From the NCBI GenBank assembly GCA_026991605.1, contig JALXBG010000039.1, positions 9,099 to 73,098 on the forward strand: DNA of 64,000 bases, given 5' to 3'. How positions within the stretch are numbered: position 1 is the first letter of the stretch; every line of letters starts with the position of its first letter. Under the pieces are notes generated by a model, which saw only the letters and a program-made list of their open reading frames with translations, searched no databases and had not been told where the DNA came from. Positions 1 through 10,344 of this stretch are shown piece by piece. This stretch comes from Sulfurovum sp. (lineage in GTDB: Bacteria > Campylobacterota > Campylobacteria > Campylobacterales > Sulfurovaceae). A program made the translations under genes and the position numbers.

Positions 1-77
1 TTTCCTGTAAAAGAACGCTCTGTTCCTTTGTTTAAAATAACATATTTTTCTTCTTCGTTTAGTTCATTGTATGCCAT
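1..77 (-). CDS. msrB: Methionine-R-sulfoxide reductase MsrB, N-terminal fragment (runs off window)
   Basis: Manual translation MAYNELNEEEKYVILNKGTERSFTG contains the MsrB GTER(P/S)FTG motif; SD-like AAAGG upstream. Confidence 0.8.
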   Translation of the reverse strand, partial: MAYNELNEEEKYVILNKGTERSFTG

Positions 78-224
78 AGTATTACCTTTGTTTTTTTGTT
101 GAGTTTCTTGCATATATTACAGTAAATTAAAATGCTTAATATTAATTTTTAAATTATTAGATGTTTTTGATTGGATTTTTAGAGGTTAGGCTACATAAAT
201 GAGGGAAGCTACATTAAGCAGCTA

Positions 225-253
225 ACTGAATCCATTTTATTCAAGGATTCAGT
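225..253. terminator. Hairpin downstream of rpsO (possible terminator)
   Basis: ACTGAATCC-N11-GGATTCAGT; no good U-tract in rpsO orientation. Confidence 0.4.
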
Positions 254-272
254 AAAAAAATAAGATATAAAC

Positions 273-542
273 TTAGTTACGAATTCCTAAGTCTGCTTTG
301 ATAGTATTCCATCTTTTTAGATCTACTTTTTTCAAGTATCTCATAAGTCTTCTTCTTTGACCTACTAGTTTAAGTAGTCCTAGTCTTGAAGAGTGATCTT
401 TTTTGTTTGTTTTAAGGTGATCTGTAAGGTAAGTAATTCTTTCTGTTAAAAGAGCAACTTGCACTTCTGTTGAACCTGTATCGTTTTCGCCTCTTGCGTA
501 CTTAGCAATAATTTCTGCTTTTTTCGCCTGATCTAAAGCCAT
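273..542 (-). CDS. rpsO: 30S ribosomal protein S15
   Basis: [13 protein letters not shown] and [19 protein letters not shown] motifs. Confidence 0.98.
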   Translation of the reverse strand: MALDQAKKAEIIAKYARGENDTGSTEVQVALLTERITYLTDHLKTNKKDHSSRLGLLKLVGQRRRLMRYLKKVDLKRWNTIKADLGIRN

Positions 543-608
543 AATGACCTCCTGATTGGTATTTAATTCTCAAAATGAGTTCGCAATTATAGTGGGTTAA
601 GCTTATCT

Positions 609-648
609 GTGCCTTAGAGGTACCCTATATGCCCAGTATAATGCCTAC
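609..648 (-). repeat. Degenerate GTAG-type REP-like element
   Basis: Minus strand starts GTAGG; contains GTGCCT-TAG-AGGTAC hairpin resembling the core at 27405 and 46979. Confidence 0.35.
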
Positions 649-697
649 TTAATCTATATTAGAGTAAAATACTCCTAATTGATATGAAGGCATTATT

Positions 698-1096
698 ATG
701 TTATTAACACGTGCAAGTGAATATGCGCTGCTCTCTTTAGATGTTTTACGTAAGGCTGATACTCCTTTGGGTGCAGAGCAGTTAGCAAATGAACTCTCTA
801 TCCCTAAAAGTTTTTTAGCCAAAATATTACAAAGTTTAGCAAAACAGGGTATTTTGGAATCCCGTAAAGGTGCACATGGTGGGTTTATTTTAGCCAAAAC
901 AATAGAAGAAATCTCTATCAATGAGATTATTTTTGCGGCAGAGGGAAAAACACCTGCAGTATTTGATTGTACGCAATATTCAGCTTCATGTCCTAATGGA
1001 AGTATAGGTTCTTGTGCCATTTCTCCTTTTTTAGCAAATTTCCAAACTAAAATAGATGATTTTCTTAATGGTTTGATGCTTAGCGATATACTTTAG
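698..1096 (+). CDS. Rrf2 family transcriptional regulator (three C-terminal Cys, possible Fe-S)
   Basis: EYAL..., LAKILQSL, S.KG..GGF.LA winged helix; C-x5-C-x7-C. Confidence 0.92.
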   Translation: MLLTRASEYALLSLDVLRKADTPLGAEQLANELSIPKSFLAKILQSLAKQGILESRKGAHGGFILAKTIEEISINEIIFAAEGKTPAVFDCTQYSASCPNGSIGSCAISPFLANFQTKIDDFLNGLMLSDIL

Positions 1097-1118
1097 TCCT
1101 CTTCATTACCTAAGCAAT

Positions 1119-1139
1119 GGTCGATAATATCGACCCTAC
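1119..1139 (-). repeat. GTAG-type REP
   Basis: rc = GTAG GGTCGAT ATT ATCGACC; same arms as the copy at 46922-46945. Confidence 0.6.
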
Positions 1140-1181
1140 GCTATAATACACTGATATTTAATTTTAATAAGGCACAAAAAA

Positions 1182-2231
1182 ATGCAACAACACGTCTACC
1201 ACCTCTCACACATAGATCTCGATGGCTATAGCTGTCAATACCTCTCGCAACAATGCTTTGACACCATAGACTGCTATAATGCCAACTATGGACCAGAAGT
1301 ACCTGCACGTTTGGGTGAAATAGTCAAGAAAATAGAACAAGATAAGTTTATACATGGGGATGATATTGAATCGCTCATACTCATTACAGATCTTAACCTC
1401 ACTACAAAAGAGGGAAATTGGATAGAAAAAGAGGCTGTGCGTATCGGGGCGAAATTACAGCTTCTTGACCACCATGCTACGGGAGCCAGTGCTGCTGAGC
1501 GTTTCGCATGGTACAAGCTAGATACAACGCGTTGTGCCACACTTATTACCTACGACTGGCTTCAAACGCATTATGGCTTTGATAAAGAGAATAGTTTAGC
1601 ACGTATCGTCAAAGCCATCAATGCCATAGACATTTGGCTGAGTGATGACGAACTCTTTGAGTATGGTAAAGTCATGTTAGGCATGATATCTGGCGCAAGA
1701 GAGATAGGACGTATTTTATTCCCTGCACAAGACAGAGCATTTAAACTCTCTATGATAGATGCAGCAAAAGATTTGGTCGATTTTGAGGATGCACCTATCA
1801 AACTTGATGATGCCTTACACCAAATCAAAAAATCCTTTTTTAAACAAGAAAAAAATGACACCAAAGACAACTTGGTTGCGACTTATGTTACAGACTTACT
1901 TACACAGGATAAACAGCGTCTTACCATTACCTACAAAGGTCATAAGGGTATCTTGGGCTATAACGTAGGAAATGCCTCCATCATAGGAAATGCTTCCATG
2001 GTAGCCAACGAAGACTATGCTTTCTATATGGATGTAAACTTTAGAGGAAATTTCTCTTTACGCTCTAACAACAAACTAGACGTCTCAGCCATGGCAGCAC
2101 ATATCGGAAATGGTGGTGGACATGTCAACGCAAGTGGTGGAAAGATAGATGGATACAAAGACTCTTTTGTCTATGCTGATGTACGTAAATTTATTCAAGA
2201 GTATATTGACCAAAAGTGTAAAGAATTGTAG
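1182..2231 (+). CDS. DHH family phosphoesterase
   Basis: SHIDLDG, ITDL, LDHH and GGGH..ASG motifs. Confidence 0.9.
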   Translation: MQQHVYHLSHIDLDGYSCQYLSQQCFDTIDCYNANYGPEVPARLGEIVKKIEQDKFIHGDDIESLILITDLNLTTKEGNWIEKEAVRIGAKLQLLDHHATGASAAERFAWYKLDTTRCATLITYDWLQTHYGFDKENSLARIVKAINAIDIWLSDDELFEYGKVMLGMISGAREIGRILFPAQDRAFKLSMIDAAKDLVDFEDAPIKLDDALHQIKKSFFKQEKNDTKDNLVATYVTDLLTQDKQRLTITYKGHKGILGYNVGNASIIGNASMVANEDYAFYMDVNFRGNFSLRSNNKLDVSAMAAHIGNGGGHVNASGGKIDGYKDSFVYADVRKFIQEYIDQKCKEL

Positions 2232-2711
2232 TATTTTTCATGAAAGAGATAAAAACTTCTTTTTAAAAACGCAGTAAGATAGGCTTAATCATACTTTTGA
2301 TTATTGCCATATTATAGGGGTTAGCTGATAAACATTTACTATCTTTTCACTCCATTAAGTTCTCTCCACTCACAATGTTGTATACCCATGGTCTATTTTT
2401 TCATTACTTATAAAGTCAGTGAAATTGGGGATTTTTTATCTATTGTTTTACTCTAAACATTATCTGAAACTCCTAGAAACGCAGTTTCATGCACACCTCT
2501 TGGAAAAGTTTGAAAAAAATGCCAAATGTTTCTTTTTTCTGCTACCACAGGGTTGCATCGTATTTGGCATATTCTCTTATAAACTCTCAGGAGAGATAGG
2601 CTTTTTTGAGTATGGATATATTTACACTGTCGAGTGTGAATCCTAAAAATCTAGAGGAAGATTGATTTACTATATTAAAAAAATCATAAATATAAAATAA
2701 TCACCAATACT

Positions 2712-4193
2712 TTAATAAGTAACAGCATTTAGAGGTAGAGGCGATGGCACCATCGTAACTATGTCATCTGAGACAACAGGAACCCGTTTAAAAACAGGAT
2801 TTTGAGGATTTTGTACCACAGTAAATTGTCCCATCATACCATCATCTTCATGTTCTAAAAAATGACAATGATACATATAGCCATTGTTGGAATCAATATA
2901 ATCTTTCATTTTTAAAATGACTTTAACTGAACTATTTGGTGGAATACGTACTACATCTTTATATCCTTTTTCATTAGATGCTACACCGGCAGGACTACCA
3001 TTGCGTTCAAGTATCATAAAATGTATGGCATGTATATGAAAATTATGTTCTAGGTTCATTGTATTTCGAATGTTCCATATTTCGATATCATTTACAGGTA
3101 CAACATTGTCAATACGACTCAGGTTAAATGTTCTACCATTAATAGCCATTTTTCCCATCATACCTCCGCCCACGGTGTTGAGTAAAAAGTTACGTGTTCT
3201 GACAGCATCAATAGCACGATATTTTGTTAAACTATTTAAAGTTGAGGGGATGGTTGTCACTCCAGAGGATGTACTATTTACATTAATAGTCATAATATTC
3301 ATATTATTTCTGGTTTCTCTTAACCTTATGCTACTCCCTAAATCACCACTAAAGTTTACAACTATTTCAGCTCTTTCACCTGGACTTAACAGCAAACTAC
3401 TTAAATTTACAGGTTTTTCCAAAAAACCACCATCTGTTGCTATTTGCTTAAAACTTCTACCATCTGAAAACTGTAAATTATACAAACTACTGTTTGAACC
3501 ATTAAGTACTCTAAATCGTATTTGTTTATCTTTTACGCTGACTGTCGGATTTATGGAGCCATTAATCATCATGGTTCTCGAGGTGTACCCTCTCATGACT
3601 TCCATGCGTGATGGAGCATAGTTTATTTGCTTACTCGCCGTAAAACGTTTGTCTTGAATAATTAAAGGAATATCATCCACTCCATATGTTTTAGGAAGTG
3701 CCAATGCATCACTAGTATCATCATCAATAATAATCATACCTGCAAGCCCCATATAAACCTGTCTAGCAGTTTTACCCATAAGATGTGGATGATACCAGTT
3801 GGTTGAAGCTGGTTGTTTTACTATATAGGATGCTGTCCATGTAGCTCCAGGCTGTATTTTATTTTTAGGACCTCCATCCATAATAGCAGGTATATGCATA
3901 CCATGTCCGTGCATGGTAGTAGCTTCTGATAAATTATTTTTATAGTTTATCTTTATCTTGTCTCCATCATGCATGCGTATAGTCTGTCCAAGAACATGAC
4001 TATTGATACCATAAGTTGTTGTATTCACACCAGAAAAAAACTGCGTTGAAGACTGTTGGATATTCATATTGAATATTTTTACACCATTTACCATTGTGTA
4101 TGGTGCCAAAGGGGGAATAGGTAAAATACCTGCCAAGATGCTTGTATTTAACAAAACTACAAAGATAGTAGTTGTCCTAATTAATAATTTCAT
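2712..4193 (-). CDS. Multicopper oxidase (CueO/SufI-like, three cupredoxin domains)
   Basis: HGHG, WYHPH, HNFHIH, HCHFLEHEDDGMM copper ligands; signal peptide. Confidence 0.92.
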   Translation of the reverse strand: MKLLIRTTTIFVVLLNTSILAGILPIPPLAPYTMVNGVKIFNMNIQQSSTQFFSGVNTTTYGINSHVLGQTIRMHDGDKIKINYKNNLSEATTMHGHGMHIPAIMDGGPKNKIQPGATWTASYIVKQPASTNWYHPHLMGKTARQVYMGLAGMIIIDDDTSDALALPKTYGVDDIPLIIQDKRFTASKQINYAPSRMEVMRGYTSRTMMINGSINPTVSVKDKQIRFRVLNGSNSSLYNLQFSDGRSFKQIATDGGFLEKPVNLSSLLLSPGERAEIVVNFSGDLGSSIRLRETRNNMNIMTINVNSTSSGVTTIPSTLNSLTKYRAIDAVRTRNFLLNTVGGGMMGKMAINGRTFNLSRIDNVVPVNDIEIWNIRNTMNLEHNFHIHAIHFMILERNGSPAGVASNEKGYKDVVRIPPNSSVKVILKMKDYIDSNNGYMYHCHFLEHEDDGMMGQFTVVQNPQNPVFKRVPVVSDDIVTMVPSPLPLNAVTY

Positions 4194-4220
4194 ATGAACC
4201 TCAATTTAAATGTTTTATGT

Positions 4221-4252
4221 ATCATATATTTTTTACGTGTACGTAATGTGTA
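4221..4252 (-). promoter_or_regulatory. Direct-repeat box TACACA-N5-TACACG, 9 nt, -10 TATGAT (promoter of the multicopper oxidase)
   Basis: Same architecture at 8495-8526 and 8534-8565. Confidence 0.65.
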
Positions 4253-4273
4253 GGTATTAAAAAAGTCAGTTCA

Positions 4274-5428
4274 TTATTTACTGGGAAAGAACAATTTAAA
4301 CTTTGTACCTTTTCCTACAGTAGAATGTAATTCTATTTTAACCTTATACTTATCACAAATACTCTTAACAATATTGAGCCCTATTCCAAAACCACCACTA
4401 TACTCAGTGCCACGCTTGAATTTTTCAAATATTTCTTTTTGTTTATCTTTTTCTATGCCTATACCTTCATCTGAAATTGTAAATATTCTATTTTTCAATG
4501 TAACTTTTATCGTTGATTTAGGAGAAGAATACTTAATGGAATTTCCAATGAGGTTACCAAATAACAAGGTAATCTGAGACTCTGGAATAGTTAGAATGGT
4601 ACCTTCCGCGTCCAACTCAAAACCAATACGTTTTATCTCAGCTAAAGGGCGGTAATACTCAATACTTTTTCTTAAAATTTTATCTAACTTAACTGCTTCA
4701 GAAATATCTTTTTTAGTTGAAAAATTTAAATAGGTAAGTGAACGATAAATATCATAAATTTGCTTGGTACTTATGGAAATATTGTTAAGCATTTTCTTAG
4801 TACATTCACCTAGTTTCAATGCTTGATTTGCTGACATAGAGAGTGAGGTAATTGGAGTGTTTAACTCATGGGTTACGTCATTAATAAAACGTTCTATCTG
4901 TTCGACTTTTTCTCTAATAGGTTTCATAAAAAGCTTAGAGAGTACCCAAGCGATGGTTGCTAAAATGATAGCAACGATTATCATCACAGTCAAGACACTC
5001 TTTTGAAGATTTGTCAAAGTACGAGACAGTGTATTAGACTGTGCAACAACATATTTGATATTTAAATGTTCTCTAGGTGCATCGGAAACAAAAATCTCGT
5101 AACCATTTTCATGAAGATAGCCTGATTGTTTTGGTATATTTTTTAGTACTAGTGTACCATCAACTACCACACCAGCACTGTTCACAAGTGCCAAAATGAT
5201 GTCTTTAGGCACGTTCATAGTTTTAAGTGTTTTCCCTTGCATATGTGCCATGATAATTTCACCTGACTTTACATCCGTAATATGTTGAAGTTTATAGTGC
5301 ATTTCATTTTCGAGTGCATTCTTCTGTGCAACATAGTACCAGTACCCAATAAGTATTAAAAATAAAAAAGAAGAGGCAAGATAAAGTCCCAGAAAAGAGT
5401 AAAAACTACGTCTCTCCAAATCATTCAT
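4274..5428 (-). CDS. Sensor histidine kinase (CrdS/CusS-like)
   Basis: Two TM segments, HELNTP H-box, N/G1/F/G2 boxes; start taken at MNDLERR, overlapping the response regulator stop. Confidence 0.92.
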   Translation of the reverse strand: MNDLERRSFYSFLGLYLASSFLFLILIGYWYYVAQKNALENEMHYKLQHITDVKSGEIIMAHMQGKTLKTMNVPKDIILALVNSAGVVVDGTLVLKNIPKQSGYLHENGYEIFVSDAPREHLNIKYVVAQSNTLSRTLTNLQKSVLTVMIIVAIILATIAWVLSKLFMKPIREKVEQIERFINDVTHELNTPITSLSMSANQALKLGECTKKMLNNISISTKQIYDIYRSLTYLNFSTKKDISEAVKLDKILRKSIEYYRPLAEIKRIGFELDAEGTILTIPESQITLLFGNLIGNSIKYSSPKSTIKVTLKNRIFTISDEGIGIEKDKQKEIFEKFKRGTEYSGGFGIGLNIVKSICDKYKVKIELHSTVGKGTKFKLFFPSK

Positions 5429-6074
5429 ATCGGTATCCCATACCACGCTGTGTGACTATTTTGTCACCTCCTATCACTTCACGTAGTTTACGAATGTATG
5501 AACGTAATGTAGCATCACTGGGTAACTCATCAAACTCCCAAATATTTTGTACCAATTCTTCTTGGCTGATAAGTCTCCCCGGATGTGCAATAAAATAATC
5601 TAAAATCTTTGCTTCTTTAGGGCGCAACGTTAACTCTTTTACGCTATCACTCACCACATATTTTCGTGGATAATATGTAAGTGTTTCTGTAAGTTTAATA
5701 GGTTTATCTTGCTCAATATTAAAAAGAATTCTACTCTTTTCTATACGAAGCTTTAACTCTTCAAGATCAAAAGGCTTACGAATATAATCATGTGCCCCAG
5801 CATCAAAACTTTCTTTTAAGTGTTTTGTATCTGCGTAGGCAGTAATGATGATGGCCGGTGTTGTATCATTAAATGAACGTAACTCTTCAAGTAGTTCCAC
5901 CCCTGACTTACCAGGGACATTAATGTCAAAGATAAATAAGTCATAACGCTTTTCATCAATGAACTCTTGCGCCTCAACAGAGTCAAATGCTCTGTCTGTT
6001 TCATAATAGCCCTGCAGATAATCTGCCACTATCTCCCCTAAAACAGGGTCGTCTTCCATAAGTAATATCTTCAT
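5421..6074 (-). CDS. OmpR-family response regulator (CrdR/CusR-like)
   Basis: EDD, D-I-N-V-P, KPF receiver motifs; winged-helix C-terminus with RGMGY. Confidence 0.95.
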   Translation of the reverse strand: MKILLMEDDPVLGEIVADYLQGYYETDRAFDSVEAQEFIDEKRYDLFIFDINVPGKSGVELLEELRSFNDTTPAIIITAYADTKHLKESFDAGAHDYIRKPFDLEELKLRIEKSRILFNIEQDKPIKLTETLTYYPRKYVVSDSVKELTLRPKEAKILDYFIAHPGRLISQEELVQNIWEFDELPSDATLRSYIRKLREVIGGDKIVTQRGMGYRYE

Positions 6075-6103
6075 CTCATTCCTTGTGTCATATTCTATAG
6101 CAC

Positions 6104-8470
6104 TTATAATTCTAATTTTCTTAAGCGTAGAGAGTTTGATATAACGGATACCGAAGAAAAACTCATCGCTGCTGCGGCAATCACTGGAGAAAGCAATAAT
6201 CCAAATGCAGGGTACAAGGCACCCGCAGCGATAGGTACACCTATAGCATTATACACAAAGGCAAAGAAGAGATTTTGACGTATATTTTTCATCGTACCGC
6301 GACTTAATTTGATGGCTCTGACAATCCCTGTTAAATCACCTTTGACCAAAGTAACACCTGCGGACTCCATCGCCACATCTGTTCCTGTACCCATGGCAAT
6401 ACCCACATGTGCTTTGGCAAGTGCAGGAGCATCATTTACTCCATCCCCTGCCATAGCGACTATTTTTCCTTCACTTTGGAGTTCTTCTACCACTTTAGAC
6501 TTCTCTTCTGGGGAGACTTCTGCCTGTACTCTATCGATACCAAGTTTGCTTGCCACTGCCCCAGCGGTGACTTTGTTGTCTCCTGTAAGCATCACGGCTT
6601 TAATGCCTTGAAGATGCAACGCACGTATCGCTTCAGGAGTACTCTCTTTAATAGGGTCCATCACCCCTACAACACCAGATGCTTTACCATCAAGTGCGAT
6701 GAGTATGACCGTCTGTCCCTCTTCTCTATACGCCTCAGCCAGATTTTGTAACTTATTTACTTCAATGCCCAGCCCTTCAAGTAACTTGTAGTTTCCTATA
6801 GCTACTTGTATGCCATCCACTTCTCCAGTAACCCCCTGCCCAGTAACAGACTGAAAGTTTTTTGTTTTACTAAGGGTAATCCCTCTTTCTTTCACACCTT
6901 CAACGATGGCTTCGGCTAAAGGGTGCTCACTGGACTGTTCAAGTGTTGCTACTACCTTTAAGAGTAGGTTTTCATCTACGCCATCTTCTACCTCAACGGT
7001 AACCAGTTTAGGTTTTCCTTCAGTGAGTGTACCTGTTTTATCGACCACCAAGGTATCTACTTTTTCAAGTATCTCTAATGCTTCTGCATTTTTAATGAGT
7101 ACTCCCATAGAAGCCCCTTTACCCGTACCCACCATGATAGAGACAGGCGTAGCAAGTCCCAAAGCACAAGGACAAGCAATGATAAGCACCGCCACTGCAC
7201 TGACAACAGCATAGGCTAAACGAGGTTCAGGACCCCACATATACCAAGCCACAAATGCAAAAATAGCCACAAGCACTACAATAGGTACAAAATATCCTGA
7301 GACAATATCTGCGAGTTTTTGTATGGGTGCGCGTGAACGCTGTGCATTGGCGACCATATCCACTATCTGAGAGAGTAAAGTATCTGCTCCGACTTTTTCT
7401 GCCCGTATAAGTAAAGAACCTGTGGCATTGACGGTTGCACCTATGACTTCATCACCCTCTTTCTTGGCAACGGCTATAGGTTCACCTGTCACCATAGATT
7501 CATCTATATTACTTTCACCTTCAATAACTTTACCGTCTACTGGTACTTTATCTCCTGGGCGTATACGTAAGACATCACCTACCTGAACATCTTCTAAAGC
7601 GATGTCCTCTTCACTCCCATCTTCACGTACGATACGCGCTGTGTTTGGAGCAAGACCCAGAAGCATTTGTATGGCAGTATTGGTTTGAGAGCGCGCACGT
7701 AGTTCAAGTACTTGTCCTAACAATACCAATGCCACTATGACTGCTGCAGCTTCAAAATAGACATCCACAAGTCCTACTCCTGTAGATGTTTGCATCTGCA
7801 TTTCAGGAGGGAAAATGTGAGGAAATAGAAGTGCTACCATACTATAGAGCCATGCCGCACCAATACCTAGGGCTATGAGGGTAAACATATTGAGGTTCCA
7901 TGTTTTTACAGAGTTTACACCTCTGACAAAGAACGGCCAACCACCCCAAAGTACGACTGGTGTTGCCAATGCAAACATAATCCACTGTACCGTAGACATC
8001 TCTAACCATGACGGTAGCCATGAAGGTGCCAAATCTGCCACCATTGCTAATAAAAATACAGGTAGAGCCAAAATGCTACTTATTTTAAAACGTTTTGTCA
8101 TATCAAGTAACTCTTCGTCGTCTCCTTCTTCTGCACTTACAGTCATAGGCTCTAGTGCCATCCCACATTTAGGACAAGTACCTGGACCAATTTGTTGTAT
8201 TTCTGGGTGCATAGGACAAGTGTACATCGCATCATTATCTTGTTCTTTTTTCATTCCAGCCGGAGGAATAGTAGCATATTCCAGTGGTGTACAGGAAGAA
8301 CAATTTTCATCATGTTCATGCACTATATAGGTTTCAGGATTGTCTATAAACTTGCCTTGGCAATCTATAGAACAAAAATAATATTTTTTATGATTATATT
8401 CTGTAAAAAATTGAGTATCGGGTGAAATTTCCATGTCACAAACGACATCTTTCGTTGTAGTATCCATCAT
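6104..8470 (-). CDS. copA: Cu+-translocating P1B-type ATPase with N-terminal YHS and CPMH metal-binding domains
   Basis: DVVCDM/YYFCS (YHS), YTCPMHP..CPKCGM, TGE, CPC, DKTGT, SEHP, GDGVND, YN and MSFSS. Confidence 0.95.
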   Translation of the reverse strand: MMDTTTKDVVCDMEISPDTQFFTEYNHKKYYFCSIDCQGKFIDNPETYIVHEHDENCSSCTPLEYATIPPAGMKKEQDNDAMYTCPMHPEIQQIGPGTCPKCGMALEPMTVSAEEGDDEELLDMTKRFKISSILALPVFLLAMVADLAPSWLPSWLEMSTVQWIMFALATPVVLWGGWPFFVRGVNSVKTWNLNMFTLIALGIGAAWLYSMVALLFPHIFPPEMQMQTSTGVGLVDVYFEAAAVIVALVLLGQVLELRARSQTNTAIQMLLGLAPNTARIVREDGSEEDIALEDVQVGDVLRIRPGDKVPVDGKVIEGESNIDESMVTGEPIAVAKKEGDEVIGATVNATGSLLIRAEKVGADTLLSQIVDMVANAQRSRAPIQKLADIVSGYFVPIVVLVAIFAFVAWYMWGPEPRLAYAVVSAVAVLIIACPCALGLATPVSIMVGTGKGASMGVLIKNAEALEILEKVDTLVVDKTGTLTEGKPKLVTVEVEDGVDENLLLKVVATLEQSSEHPLAEAIVEGVKERGITLSKTKNFQSVTGQGVTGEVDGIQVAIGNYKLLEGLGIEVNKLQNLAEAYREEGQTVILIALDGKASGVVGVMDPIKESTPEAIRALHLQGIKAVMLTGDNKVTAGAVASKLGIDRVQAEVSPEEKSKVVEELQSEGKIVAMAGDGVNDAPALAKAHVGIAMGTGTDVAMESAGVTLVKGDLTGIVRAIKLSRGTMKNIRQNLFFAFVYNAIGVPIAAGALYPAFGLLLSPVIAAAAMSFSSVSVISNSLRLRKLEL

Positions 8471-8494
8471 AACTCCTTTATAGGCTATAAAATG

Positions 8495-8526
8495 ATGATA
8501 GTATAACTACGTGTATATTGCGTGTA
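8495..8526 (-). promoter_or_regulatory. Box TACACG-N5-TACACG, 9 nt, -10 TATCAT (ATPase-RR-HK operon promoter)
   Basis: Direct repeat with 11-bp period and the same spacing as the sibling promoters. Confidence 0.65.
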
Positions 8527-8533
8527 TGTCATG

Positions 8534-8565
8534 GACACATTACATACACACTAATATTGTAAACT
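8534..8565 (+). promoter_or_regulatory. Box GACACA-N5-TACACA, 9 nt, -10 TAAACT (copAB promoter)
   Basis: Direct repeat with 11-bp period and the same spacing as the sibling promoters. Confidence 0.62.
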
Positions 8566-8594
8566 ATCTCTAAGATAAGCATAAAGGACTACAC

Positions 8595-10334
8595 ATGCAA
8601 AGAAGAACCTTTGTTAAAGGCTTGGCGGCAACTTCATTACTGGCACTTAGCACAAGTACCATAGAAGCAAAAAGTACACATAAAAGCATTTCAAATACAG
8701 ATACACTCAGAGGTAAAGAGTTTTTTCTTACCATTGACTATACTTCTGTAAATCTCACAGGCGAAGAGGCAGTTGCTACCACTGTCAATGGGCAAATTTC
8801 TGGACCTACCCTCATATGGCAAGAGGGGGATACCATTACACTGCATGTGACAAACAGACTTGAAAAAAGCTCTTCTATCCACTGGCATGGGATTATCTTG
8901 CCGACAGATATGGATGGAGTGCCGGGTATTAGTTTTGATGGTATTGCACCTAACACAACGTTTACCTATACTTTTACCGTACGACAGCATGGTACCTACT
9001 GGTATCATAGCCATTCTGGCTTTCAAGAGCAAACAGGTCTGTATGGGGCTATCGTCATTTTGCCTAAGAAAAAAGAACCATTTAGCTATGACAAAGACTA
9101 TGTCATACAACTCTCTGACTGGTCAGACGAGAAACCTACAAGCATCTATAAAAAGCTTAAACAGATGAGTGACTACTACAACTTCTCACAAAGAACAGTG
9201 GGAGACTTTATCGATGAAATCAAAAAGAAGGGTCTAGGTAAAGCTTTTGAGGACAGAAGTATGTGGAACCGTATGCGTATGAGCGACAGAGATATCTCAG
9301 ACATTACCGCCTATACCTATACCTATTTGATGAATGGACAAAATCCTGCTACACAATTTAAAGCCCTCTTTAAAAAAGGTCAAAAAATACGTTTACGTCT
9401 TGTCAACTCAGCAGCGATGACTTTCTTTGATGTGCGCATACCTGGACTTAAGATGACCGTAGTTGCAGCGGATGGAAACCATGTCAAACCTGTCACCGTA
9501 GATGAAATACGTCTAGGCGTAGCGGAGACCTATGATGTCATCGTCCAACCTAAAGAGAACAAAGCGTATGCAATCTTTGCCCAAAATATGGGACATACAG
9601 GCTACGCCATGGGTTCACTTACACCAAGTACAACATTACTTGCAAGCCCGCCAAAGCTAGACCCTATACCAAAATTAAGTATGGTAGATATGGGGATGGA
9701 TATGGGTAGAATGAAGAAGAAAAAGGGTAAAAGTATGAAATGTTCATCTACGATGAATATGTCTAACAAAAAAGCAATGAAAAAGTACAAGTTTCAAGCC
9801 ATGGAAGACCAAAAGTACCCTATCACCAAGCTTCCTATGGCAACAGGACCACAAAGTACTATGAAGGCCGTGTCTCCAAAATACAGACTTGATGACCCAG
9901 GTGTAGGCTTGCGTAACAATGGTAGAAAAGTACTTACCTACGCAGACTTGAAAAACCGATACTCAACACGCCATGACAAAAAACCTGACAGAGAAATCAT
10001 CTTACATCTTACAGGTAATATGGAACGATATATGTGGTCAATTAATGGTATCAAATATACAGATTCACAACCTCTACAGTTTCACTATGGAGAACGTCTG
10101 CGTATTACCTTTATTAATGATACGATGATGAACCATCCAATGCATCTGCATGGTTTATGGAGTGATTTGGAGACGGGCGATGACAATCACTTAGTACGCA
10201 AACACACTGTCATTGTGCAACCTGGTTCAAAGATTAGTTATCGTGTCACTGTTGACGTAAAAGGTGCATGGGCATATCATTGCCATTTGCTTTACCATAT
10301 GGGTGGGATGTTTAGAAAAGTTGTTGTAGCATAA
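8595..10334 (+). CDS. Copper-resistance multicopper oxidase, CopA/PcoA family
   Basis: Tat signal RRTFVK; HWHG, WYHSH, HPMHLHG, HCHLLYH; Met-rich linker. Confidence 0.95.
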   Translation: MQRRTFVKGLAATSLLALSTSTIEAKSTHKSISNTDTLRGKEFFLTIDYTSVNLTGEEAVATTVNGQISGPTLIWQEGDTITLHVTNRLEKSSSIHWHGIILPTDMDGVPGISFDGIAPNTTFTYTFTVRQHGTYWYHSHSGFQEQTGLYGAIVILPKKKEPFSYDKDYVIQLSDWSDEKPTSIYKKLKQMSDYYNFSQRTVGDFIDEIKKKGLGKAFEDRSMWNRMRMSDRDISDITAYTYTYLMNGQNPATQFKALFKKGQKIRLRLVNSAAMTFFDVRIPGLKMTVVAADGNHVKPVTVDEIRLGVAETYDVIVQPKENKAYAIFAQNMGHTGYAMGSLTPSTTLLASPPKLDPIPKLSMVDMGMDMGRMKKKKGKSMKCSSTMNMSNKKAMKKYKFQAMEDQKYPITKLPMATGPQSTMKAVSPKYRLDDPGVGLRNNGRKVLTYADLKNRYSTRHDKKPDREIILHLTGNMERYMWSINGIKYTDSQPLQFHYGERLRITFINDTMMNHPMHLHGLWSDLETGDDNHLVRKHTVIVQPGSKISYRVTVDVKGAWAYHCHLLYHMGGMFRKVVVA

Positions 10335-10344
10335 GGAGATAAAG

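Noticed and set aside
2419-2646. 75-aa ORF or transposase remnant
   Set aside because: No recognisable motif in any frame and no terminal inverted repeats.
3070-3621. Long antisense ORFs (also 7875-8330, 22860-23321, 28170-28613, 60077-60502)
   Set aside because: Fully overlap well-supported genes on the opposite strand and have no motifs.
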